From assembly GCF_006345805.1 (NCBI RefSeq), contig NC_043012.1, positions 25,544,001-25,608,000 of the forward strand: a stretch of DNA of 64,000 nucleotides. The letters run 5' to 3'. The translations under genes and the position numbers were made by a program. The notes under the pieces are model-generated. The model was not told the DNA's origin and did no database searches. It was given only the letters and a program-made list of their open reading frames with translations. The stretch comes from Octopus sinensis. Lineage: Eukaryota. Of this stretch, positions 52,124-64,000 are shown piece by piece (the stretch's first letter is position 1; every line of letters begins with the position of its first letter).

Positions 52124-52951
52124 CATACATGCATATTATATATATATATGCCTATATATATGTGTGTGTATATAAATATATAAATACATATACATATACA
52201 CTTATACATACACAGACATATATGCATATACATACATATATCTACATATGGTAAAGGTGAAAATTATAAATAATAAAGTTGGTTATTCGCAATTTTACAA
52301 CCGAAAGGCAGAAATATAGACGTCACTAAAGTCATTAAGGTCACTAGTCAGTACCAATATTGCTAGAAATGAAAGCCAAAATATCTCATCTCACTTATCT
52401 TAATGACAAGGGAGGCAAGGTCCCTACAGGTTCGGGCTTAGTCAGATCACCAGTGATTTTGCATTTTTATCAATGTTCACCAGTGGCTCTGGTATCTGGG
52501 GTTACACTCAACCTCGCCTTGTGAGTTTATAAGACTACCAGAGAAATCACACACTGATTTCCTAAATGGTATACTTATTCATGCAGGTGTGTATGAGTGT
52601 AAAAAGTTTCGTAACGAAACAAAGAGACAGATATGTCTATATTTAATAGCGGCAGATATTGAAGGATATCCCATTAATTTTTTTGTTTTTGATGGGCATT
52701 GCTTATTAGACGAATTGACTTCTTTTGGGGGAAATGAATGCTTTTGAAGACGAATATTCTACAGACTTTTAACACAAAACAGAAAATGTATTGAAGAACC
52801 GTCTATAGCCATGGATTCATTAAAACACTGTAATATATATAAATATATATATATATGTATGTATGTATGTGTGTATGTATATGTATATGTATATATATGT
52901 ATATATAAATATGTATGTATATGTATATATATATATATATAATTAATCAAA

Positions 52952-53051
52952 NNNNNNNNNNNNNNNNNNNNNNNNNNNNNNNNNNNNNNNNNNNNNNNNN
53001 NNNNNNNNNNNNNNNNNNNNNNNNNNNNNNNNNNNNNNNNNNNNNNNNNNN
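52952..53051. other. Scaffold gap (100 N, true size unknown)
   Basis: Run of exactly 100 Ns. Confidence 0.99.
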
Positions 53052-53929
53052 ATGGCATGTGCTGAAAAATTCCTGCCTTTAAGGCTATCGCGAAAGGCCT
53101 GGTTGGTGTTCCATCCTTCCGAGTCCTTTCATAGGTTAAAGAAAAAAAAAGTCAAGGAGTGCTGCAATAAGTGTGTAAACCTGAGACAGGAATATGTTGA
53201 ATGAAATCATAATTAATTGATCCTCCTGTATTTTCTGTTGCCCAAAGTCAGAAACTTTCAGCAAACCCTTATTATGTGAAATGAGAATATGAGGTATTCA
53301 TGCATCTTCTATGGGTTTTAACTACGCACTGACATATGAAGGAAGACTGTATGATTTCCTAATCTTCTTGAATGCAATAAAAGCTACAGTGAAAGAAGAA
53401 ATTGTATTGATCATGACTACTAAGCGAAACCCGTGCCGTCACATTCTACTTCACAGGCATAAAACCACTTATCTATATAATACGATATAATATTGAGCTT
53501 GATATCAAGGAAAATAACAAGAACATTACTATCACTATCAGCTATAAAGCTGACAGTAGCATAACCTCCACTACTACGCTCGACAGCAACAACAGCAGCA
53601 GCAGCAGTGGCAGCCGTAGCAGCAGCAGCAGCAGCAGCAGCAGGAATAACAGCAATATGATAAAAATGACAAAAAAAAACTAGTAATAAGTGTAGCAGAA
53701 AAAAAAATACAGAACGAAATATATGGAGCCATAGATATAAAGGAGCAATGAAAGGGGAGATGGAAGGGGGAGGGGGAGGAGGGGAAAAGAAGAAAAAGAA
53801 ACAGGACTTAACAATGAGCATAACGACGGCGATGACGACGAAAAACGACGACGACCACCACCACCACCACGGCGGCGACGGCGATGGTGGTGGTGGTGTG
53901 ATAGTGATAAAGAAGGAAGAGGAAGTGAA

Positions 53930-54150
53930 GAAGAAGAAATATAAGAAGTAGTAGTAGTAGTAGAAGAAGAAGAAGAAGAAGAAGAAGAAGAAGAAGAAGA
54001 AGAAGAAGAAGAAGAAGAAGAAGAAGAAGAAGGAGGGAGAGGAAGAAGAAGAAGAAGAAGAAAGGAGGAGAGGAAGAAGAAGAAAGGAGGAGAGGAAGAA
54101 GAAGAAAGGAGGAGAGTAAGAAGAAGGAGAAGAAAAAGAAGACGAAGACA
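53930..54150. repeat. (GAA)n polypurine tract with a ~22-bp secondary repeat
   Basis: Directly visible; aaaggaggagaggaagaagaag-type units recur at about 54030-54120. Confidence 0.93.
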
Positions 54151-54309
54151 GTTTGGAATATTAAATTATTGCTTCAGTAGTTCGGTTCGGCTAATGTTAT
54201 ACCATGTTGAATAGTTGACTCCGGAAATACCTTTTTTACATGATAATTCCGATAGTGAAAGCTGTTGATCATGTTCTTTCTTATTGATGATGTTGTTGTT
54301 GACGTACCA

Positions 54310-54314
54310 ATTAC

Positions 54315-54363
<49 letters not shown>

Positions 54364-54427
54364 ATATTATTTTTATTATAATTATTATTATTATTATTAT
54401 TATTACTGTTATTATTATTATTATTAC

Positions 54428-54458
<31 letters not shown>

Positions 54459-54508
54459 TTTGTTTGTTGTTATTGTTGTTATTTTTGTTATTGCTGCCAT
54501 CATCATCA

Positions 54509-54560
<52 letters not shown>

Positions 54561-54635
54561 TACTACTATTATTATTATTATTATTATTATTTTTGTTTGC
54601 TGTTATTGTTGTTATTGTTGTTATTGCTGCCATCA

Positions 54636-54691
<56 letters not shown>

Positions 54692-54725
54692 GTTGTTGTT
54701 GTTGTTATTATTATTATTATTCTAA
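54310..54725. repeat. (TTA)n/(TTG)n/(CAT)n array with ~135-bp internal duplication
   Basis: tttttgtttg.tgttattgttgttatt.ttgttattgctgccatcatcat occurs at about 54457 and 54590. Confidence 0.9.
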
Positions 54726-55940
54726 TATCAGCGCTCGTATCTGCGAGATAAAGAAGTAAAAATTCTCCGTTGAAATCCTGTCAAACATATGAAAAGAGTA
54801 TTTGTCACAATTAAAAAGCTACCCGTTTTCTCAAAGAGTGATGCGCTTCCTGGAATTCTAAACAAGCAAAAAAGTTTTTTATAAACGCCAAAAACAGAAA
54901 ACAAAAATGACAGAAAAACGAAGGAGGGAGGGAGAGAGATTCGGGTATGGTGAGTGATAGACGTGGTTTTAAATAAAGAATAAAAAAAAAAATATATATA
55001 TATATTTCAAAGTGAAATTAAACGTATTTAATATAGAGAAGTAGAAACAGACGTAGTAAAAAAAAAAAAAAGGAAACGTACAAAAGCTGACGATGAGGAG
55101 GGGGGAGATGGGGATGTGGGGAGGGGGAGGAAAAGGAGAAGGAGTAGGAGGAATGATGCTATTGTGGTGAATGATGATAGCGAGGAGGTTTATCATGATG
55201 AGAGTGAATCTAATGATGATTATGGTGATGATGATGATGATGATGATGATGATGGTGATGATGACGACTTTACTGTTTAACCCGAGGTCAATTATTGCTC
55301 GAGAGGCATTTCATCGAAGTGTGCACTGCCTTTGGTAATAAGTGTATTGTTAGTTATGAAACGTAACTGAATAATTAAGGCTATATAATTAATAAATTAA
55401 CATGAAGGCAATCACGTGCACGGACACACACATACACACACACACACACACAGGCACGCACCCATAGGCACACAAACACACAGGGAGGTCTGTGTCGGTA
55501 TGTATGATTTCACGGTATGTATTACAAAACGTCACCGTACGGCAAATATTAGCACCAACACCTCAAGTTGAGGCTTTCTACGTGCTTATTTGACTTGCTA
55601 GAAATAGTTAAGCAGCCCTTGAAGAATGTTTTACTATTTTATATGATATCATAAAATATTTTGTTACACGGCATTAAACATGGTGATTGTCTTGAAGAGA
55701 ACGTTGGTTTTTAACAGGGCTAAATGTTGATCTTGAGGAAGCCGCCTTAACCGGGGGCTGACTTGGAGCGAAACAGCAGCAGTAAGAATCAACATAATCT
55801 ACTATACTGTATACAACGTACCCCCAGCTCACACCATCACCATAGGCACTACCAGTAACACCTCAACCACCAGCACCGCTATCACACCATCGCTGTTAGC
55901 ATAATAAATAATAAAAACAAGAGCAACAATATATATTACT

Positions 55941-56142
55941 TTTTCTCTTCTACCCTGGGCACAAGGCCCAACACTTTTGAGTAGAAGTTCAAATTTTTGA
56001 GGAGGGGTACTTAATTCATCTAGCCCCAAAGGATTAAAGGCAAATTCGACCTCGGCGGAATTTGAACTCAGAACGTAAAGACAGACGAAATAGCACTAAG
56101 TATTTCGCCTGGCGGGCTAACATTTCTGCCAGCTCGTCGCTT
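55941..56142 (-). mobile_element. SINE family B
   Basis: ggcacaaggccc...aaaggcaaattcgacctcggcggaatttgaactcagaacgtaaag...ttctgccagctcg matches 765-976. Confidence 0.88.
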
Positions 56143-57315
56143 ACAAATAGAGATTACCTGCAACAACACTGACACATTCCCAACCACGAGCAACATCGAC
56201 GGAACCCAACCACCAACACCACCAAGGGGGATAGCCGGAAGTGTAAGGACGTTGCGGCGGATGTATCATGATACGTGTTCCAAGTTTTTTGATGTTAGTT
56301 CAAATCCTGCCATGGGTCTACTTAGGAACATCACCACAGTTTGAGAAATGAGAGATGGTCCTATAACCGATTCGTTTCGGGTGTTAATATTCGGGTCAAG
56401 TCTGTCTTGTGCGGATATATTCCTATCAGTCTATGGACCCCTGTAAAGGGCCATGGTTGCTGCATTGCTTCTTCAGAAGGGAAAATTTCGAGGGGAATAA
56501 AAGAACCCTCACCATTTACAAAAGGGGAGGCAAAAGCACTAATACAACCATGAAGCATTCTAACACTATTGGTCCATCGAACATGGCGACGACCATCAGC
56601 AACGCTACTATCTCAAGACGCAACACTAGACGCAACATCCAGGGGCACCACTAAAACAACAGCCTCTACAAATACCACCGAAATCAGCAGCACCGCCACC
56701 ACCAACAACAAGAGTTACAAAATAAACACCAACCAGAATATGTACACCAACGACCTAACCACCAACACCACCACCAGTAATACAAGCATAGAAGCACTTC
56801 TATTACCACGCCATTGACTCACAAAGCAACAAACAAGTGCTACAGATTTCATTTCATTCAGACATCAAAATATTACAGAACATGAGGAAGATTACGAAGA
56901 GAGATAAAATTTCTTTTAGTCTTTGTCTTGAAGAAACTCATTGGTTCTTAGAAATTTGGAAGTTTTCCGTTCCATAGTTTTGGTTACGTTTAAAATATTC
57001 CTCCTGTGTGAAGGAAATATATATTTATATTATTAGAGTCAAAAATATTAAGCGGATAAAAATGGTAAAAACCATGATGAGTCCTATAGAAAGAATATTA
57101 TTAATATCACATATACACATAGCTTAAATACACACGTCTGTATAAAAGCCGCCCATGCATAAGCAGGTAGAGTAAAGGAATGCGTATATATATATATATA
57201 TATGTATATCTGTATGTATATCTGTATGTATATATATATATGTGTATATATATGTATGCGTGTGCATATATATATATGTATGCGTGTGCATATATATATG
57301 TGTATGCGTGTGCGT

Positions 57316-57355
<40 letters not shown>

Positions 57356-57357
<2 letters not shown>

Positions 57358-57660
57358 TTTTTCTTTTACTTGTTTCAGTCTTTTAACTGAGGGCATGCTG
57401 GAGCACCACCTTTTAGTCGAACAAATCGACCCCAGGACTTATTCTTTGTAAGCCTACTACTTATTCTATCGGCCTCTTTTTGCCGAACCGCTAAGTTAAG
57501 GGGATGTAAACACACCAACGGCGGTTGTTAATCGATGGTGAGGGGACAAATACAGACACACAAATACTCACACACGCACACATATATATGTATATATACA
57601 ACGGGCTTCTTTTTATTTTCCATCTACCAAATCCACTCAGGTTTTGGTCGGCCCGAGTTA
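57356..57660 (-). mobile_element. SINE family A, head-truncated
   Basis: cttttacttgtttcagtc...gccgaaccgctaag...ccaaatccactca...ggtcggcccgag. Confidence 0.88.
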
Positions 57661-58479
57661 TCTCGCTCCATCTGCCTATCTTTCTATTTACTTGATATTT
57701 TCCTCGTGTTTATTACAAACTTATATATATATATATATATATAATATATATATATTTATATATATATAATATCATACATGGATATGTGTTTCTACATTCG
57801 TATGTACACTATATCCGCAAAATACATACACTCGGATAAGGCCACAGCGTTTCATAGATTATCATGTATTTCACAAATGTATAGTCGAGGGCGCCTTATG
57901 TACACATACATGCGTACATATAATTGTAAATACGTGCTATATGTATATACAGATTTTTGCATGTTTGTCTGTCTCTTTTTTATCTCTTCCTTTCTCTCTA
58001 TCTATCCCTCTTTCTCTCTTTTGTCTCTCTTTATCTCCTATCTATCAGCAGAGTTTACATTCAGTTTTAAAAAAATTATATATTCATATATGCAAATGTG
58101 TTGTAGTGATTTGTTAGACTGTTCGTATGAGGTTTTTGAAATACATGTCACTAAACTAATTTGCATATGAAAAAACATCAGAAATCATTCTTCAATCTGT
58201 GAGACTGTAAGAGTTTTAGTTCGCGAACACGCAAACTATAGAACTGCAGAAATTATAACGAAATTGACAGACTTATATGCATCTAAATTCTAAAAGTGTC
58301 CGATTTAAAATCCCACCGGTGGTCACATTATTTGAATTTGTTTTTCTTCTTTTCCCCAGGGTCGATTAATTAACAACCTCCTTTTATTTTCTTAAAATAT
58401 TTTTAATACGATTTTGTCCAAAACAAGCTTTGACACCATTGTGAACTAAAATACTCCAAATGTATGTACAAATATAAAG

Positions 58480-59120
58480 ATGTCGATTGACAACACGCTT
58501 GAACGAGTGAATATCATTGACGAGAAAAAAAATTAGATGACGGTAGATAGGCCCAGAGATCAGGAAACGGAAGCAAGATGTTATTAGAATACCTATGACT
58601 AAGAGGAAGCTATGACTAACGGTATCTGTGACTAACTGTTCGCTAAATTGAAAAATAATGCGCCGAGAAGCTAGCGTGTGAAATGATTAAAGGTCTTGAA
58701 ACGTGTTCCAGTGTAAAACATTAATGTGCTAAAGATTGCAACCTCGTAGAAAGGATAGGGCACATTAAAATACCGCCACAATTATGAATTCGATCAAGCA
58801 AGGCACCTGTCCAAAGATTACAACAATATTCAATGGAGGGTCGACTGGTTGTATGAGACATACGAAATACTCAAAGGCGTAAGAAATTTGCAAGCGCGGA
58901 AGAGAGATCCAAGCCGTGCGAATTGGACATATTTGTTTCAAAAGAGATCTTATGACAAGTTCAAATCACAAAGATGAATTCTGTGCGTAGCAACGAAGGT
59001 AAGAAATGACTGTCTTATAACGATTGACAAAAGCATTGTCTTTAAAAGATTGAGTTACCATCCAGTGACTACTCCAGCCAAGAAGACAGACGATCCGAAA
59101 GTTAACGAGAAACCTTGACT
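58480..59120 (+). mobile_element. Highly degenerate RTE-type LINE 3' ORF relic
   Basis: Fragmentary peptides across frames (DDGR*AQ/EIRKRK, RIGHI) fall in the order expected for the RTE post-RT region. Confidence 0.4.
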
Positions 59121-60036
59121 CAAAATCATAAAGATCAACAATAAAACTTACATAAAATACAATCTTTAATCCTTTTTCGCAAACACTATATTCCACGCAT
59201 AGAGACAAGACATAAATATAAATTTAGTGTGCTATAGCTTCGTGAAAAATATTTTGGTTACAGATACGAAACTTCATATTCCACTCGCGCCTCTTTATTG
59301 AATATTTCATCATTACACAATACAATATTTATGAGATTCCTGTGTCAGGGTTGTCTAAGAATAATGCAATGTATGCTGGCTTTAAGGTGGCAAAAGTTGA
59401 ATGATCGGCGCAACGTCCCCGACAGAGTGATGTTTAATTTTAATCAAGTTTGTCCACTTGTCAAAAGCAATCAGTTACATTTCGTGACGACCACTTTGTA
59501 TCTCCCACCCGGATTCAAGTCCCATCGACTCTCTATATTTCTCTCTCTACATAACACTTACGTAATCTATATATCTATCTATATAAATATATTTGTGTGA
59601 GTATATATATATATTATATATATATATGTATATATATATATGTGTGTGTATTATATATATGTATATATATATGTATATATATGTATATACATTATATATA
59701 TATATATATATTATATATATATATACATACACACACACAAACACACACATATATATATATATATTTCACATAGAGATGGGTGAATAAATAAATATATATG
59801 TATATATATATATGTGTATATGTATGTATTATATATATATATATACTATACCTACATACACACACACACACACACACACACTATAATATATATATATATA
59901 TTCACAGACGATGGGAGAATAAAGAATATATATCTATAAGTACATCTATATTATATATCTATCTATCTATCTATTATCTATCTATCTATATATATGTATA
60001 TATATATTATATATATTATAATATGTTATATATATA

Positions 60037-60082
<46 letters not shown>

Positions 60083-60387
60083 GTGTGTATATATACGTTC
60101 ACACATAATACATATGCCTGTATTTCGATACATATACATGTGCGCTTGTGTCTTACGGTTCCTCTAAATTTTTCTGATGAAATATTGTCATAGCGTATAA
60201 ATAAACTCAAGTGATATACTCCTGCGTCGTTCGCCGAGAGCCTACTGTCAACTTGCGTAAATTAATAAATGGTATCAATGGCTTATATATCCTTTTTCCT
60301 TATGCATTTATATATCTATACACACAAATATATTGCTTCACCCGTACTAGTCAATTGTAATATACATCTATAACAAACACAAACAGA

Positions 60388-60428
<41 letters not shown>

Positions 60429-61189
60429 GTGTATGCCTCTCTTTCTTTCTCACTTCAAATACAGGGTGAGTGTATGTATACACATATATATATATATACA
60501 CTCAGATATATATGTATATATATATATACACACACATACATATATATACATCTGTATAAGTGCACGTGTGTGCATAAATGTGCGTGTGTATGTATATATG
60601 TGTGTGTGTGTATCTATGAATATACATATATGCAGGTATCTACATATACATGTATTTATATATGTTTAAGTATATATGCACGCGCACACACCACATAAAC
60701 ACACATACCTAAGCACGTATAAATATATAGTCTGATCTAAGTGTATGATGTATATAGACGTAAAAGCAGATAGATGGAGCAATATATATATATATATAAT
60801 ATATATATATATAATATTATATATATATATATGATATATATAGACAAATACTCATCCATGTGTGTGCGTATATGTGTGTGCGTGTGCGCACATGTGATAC
60901 ATTGTGTGCGTGTGTGTATGGTTATATATTGTGTACGTATGTATTACATCTATTTTAATGACTGTCGTTGAAAGATTTTCATCTTCTTGTCAAGCGTCTC
61001 AGATATCAACGTATCTGTATACTGGACACTCCACTTATAACCAGTAACTTGTCTAGTAAATATAGATTTCACGTGAGAAATTATACTTGTCATATACATA
61101 GAAATATATATATATATATATATAATAATATATATATTATATATATATATATATATATTACATATATGTACATATATATATTATGTATG

Positions 61190-61225
<36 letters not shown>

Positions 61226-61736
61226 CACATATAAGTATATATATATATATAAAATATTATATATATATAATATTATATTGCTAATACTATGCACTAATAT
61301 ATAAATATATATTATAGATAATATGCATATATGTATAAATATATATGTTTGTGTGTACGTGTGCGTGAACGTGTGTGTATGTTGCATGGGTGATATAATC
61401 ACAGAAGCATATAATTATATACGCAGGAAATATATATATAGAAAGTATATTGTGTATATATATATATTGTAAGTATACATATATGTATATATATATATAT
61501 ATTTATATACATCTATGGTTATATACATTTACTTACACGCACACACACACACACGTACATATATGCACATGCACACACACACACATACGTTGTGTACGTA
61601 TACCCAGATATATACATATACGTATGCATATACATTCATGCATACATATACACATACAAACACATACATATATATGAATATATATAAGTATATATATTTT
61701 TGTGTATATATATATATATATATATACGTACAAATC

Positions 61737-61768
<32 letters not shown>

Positions 61769-62254
61769 CGTACAAATACATTTATATCTATACATACATA
61801 ACTAGATATATAACTAAATACATACATTCAAACATATGCTAATGCGTATTCCCTTGTACCTATGTGAGATATTTTGTGTAAGTGTGCCTTTGTGTTGTAT
61901 CAAGATTAATTCTTATTCCCGATATCTTAACGCATCTCAAATTTACTACTCAGCGTTCTGAAAAATTCTCCGGAGAAATATGTGACAGTTCGCCATTAGC
62001 CCTGCTGAGTTCATTGTTAAATGGTCATATATAAAAACTCCTATCAAAAGCTTTCATTATACATCACTGAGATAGTAGGCGGTGAATTATCAAGGAAGGT
62101 CACAAACGAGATTATATGTTTTTACATTATTTAATTCAGTACAAGATGTTGGTTGGTTATCTCGTCGTATCGTTAAACGGTGTTGGAAAATTAGGTCTTG
62201 CTGTATTTACATCAAGACACACACACAGATACACTTGCAAAACACATATACATG

Positions 62255-62318
<64 letters not shown>

Positions 62319-62699
62319 CACAGAATTGATTTATATGTTTGTATGTATGTATCTCCGAATGTATGAATGTATGTATGTATATATATCTGTGTGTATGTGA
62401 GTATATATGAGTGTGTTTGTGTGTATATGCCCGTGTATGAGAGAGAATGTGGGACGAACTCGTAAATAAATGGATAACTGTATATAGAGATAAATTGATA
62501 TATAGCTCGCTAGATAAAAAGATAGCCAGACTGACAGACACATCCATGCACACACACAATCAACCACACACACATACACACACACTCATATATATATATA
62601 TATATGTATAGAGAGAGAAAGAGATAAATACAGAGATAAATATATATATATATACACACACATAGATATATATACACACACATAGATATATATATATAT

Positions 62700-62703
62700 A
62701 TAT

Positions 62704-62770
<67 letters not shown>

Positions 62771-62800
62771 TATAGATAGATAGATAGATAGATAGATAGT
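62700..62800. repeat. (GATA)n microsatellite
   Basis: Directly visible. Confidence 0.95.
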
Positions 62801-63089
62801 CGTTGTCAGCAGCGTGTATTATTCGTGCTATGTATTTACTGTGTTAAGTGTTCCATTTAATCAGAAAAAGAGACAATTAAATCTCGGTTCTTCTAAGTAG
62901 AAGCTGATGGGGCATTTTGGATATAAAAAAGTTGTGACAGAAAAACTTTTAAAAACAGATTAGCAGATTAGCTAAAAACAGAAAAACAGATTAGCAAGGC
63001 GGACAGAGCAGGGATTCGAATTCCGATTGCAACAGTGGAAAAGCAGTTTACTGGAATGTCTGACGTCCCTACTAACCGATCATCGTTTG

Positions 63090-63215
63090 GTAAAACATGG
63101 TTCCGCGTTTAGTTTTACAGCTTGGCACCTGGGGCAAATGTCTTCTACTATTGCGTCTGGCCAGCCAAAGCTTTGTGAGTGGTTTTACGAGACGGAAGCT
63201 CAAAGAAGTTTTTGT
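63090..63215 (+). mobile_element. SINE family A 5' half, degenerate
   Basis: catggttccg...ggcacctggggcaaatgtcttctactat...caaagctttgtgagtgg. Confidence 0.7.
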
Positions 63216-63683
63216 AGAATAGGTTTATATACAGTTAATAAATATATATCCTATATATATTCTGTATAAGCCGAATGAGGTTCAAGTGCCTTACTTTCTG
63301 AATCTGGCTAGCCGGTCGTACCTTCGAAATCGCTATGATCCCATATCTTCCAAAAGTGTAATATGTGTGCGTTTCTGCATGTGTGTATGTGTCTATCTGT
63401 TTATGTCTATGTGTTTGTATATGCCTGTGTTTTGTCTGTGTGTATTTCAATTTTTTTTTGTAACGAGTTTGTTATGTGTAACACACACGCACACATATAG
63501 TTAATTCGAGAAAGCCAAGACCTCATTAGGGATTGTATAATCCAAGGTATTCCACTGGTTCAATACGTATCATTTATATATTTTTAGGAAATATTGGAAA
63601 TTATTAATATAGAGAGAAAACACGGAGAAAATTGAGAATAAATGGATGTAATTACTGATTTATTTGCATGATTTAGAAAGAAA

Positions 63684-63825
63684 AGACGTGTGGTAAGAAG
63701 TTACCTTTAGAAGACTTGGTTTCGAGTTTAGGTCTGGAGCTTCGCACCTTGACAATTGTCTTTTACTATTGGATCGGGACAGACAAAGCTTTGTGAATGA
63801 CTTTAGGAGACAGAAGCTCAATGTG
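63684..63825 (+). mobile_element. SINE family A 5' half, very degenerate
   Basis: gtgtggtaagaag...caccttgacaattgtcttttactat...caaagctttgtgaatg. Confidence 0.55.
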
Positions 63826-64000
63826 ATTTTCACTATATGCAGTTTCAAGTGGGCCTTTGCCACCTATTACAGAACCTATACAAAATCTATAAAACGTGCA
63901 CAATGAAATATGGAGGCAGAGGCACACACCTTCGTTGTGATTTTAGAGCAAGGCATTTCACTTTATTCTCGTCAGCTGAAAAAATAGGGTCTAATGCTAC

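Noticed and set aside
56330-56560. GC-richer island with short ORFs on both strands
   Set aside because: No recognisable protein motif or splice-site pair.

Overview
AT-rich, microsatellite-saturated eukaryotic DNA whose SINE families and composition are typical of an octopus (coleoid cephalopod) genome; the taxon is inferred from repeat content only. Almost all of the window appears to be intronic. Two small minus-strand coding exons have canonical splice sites and join in frame. The 79-bp exon at 48380-48458 encodes VNTLNKFCRTTKDYCEPLKVGAPGTP-G, a C-x6-C motif followed by the start of a Gly-X-Y helix. The 81-bp exon at 27623-27703 encodes nine Gly-X-Y triplets in phase 1-1. Together they look like the N-terminal ectodomain of a gliomedin/colmedin-like type II transmembrane collagen. 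The rest is a transposon graveyard: Helitron Rep/helicase, mariner and Tc1-like transposase ends, RTE and CR1 LINE fragments, a Penelope-type GIY-YIG fragment, two long-TIR MITE-like elements, and many copies of four tRNA-derived SINE families (labelled A-D here). There are several local duplications, two of which (about 1.05 kb and 1.9 kb) look like long-read assembly artefacts, and a 100-N scaffold gap at 52952-53051. Nearly all ORFs in the supplied track are microsatellite read-throughs. All alignments and counts were done by eye; no database search was run.
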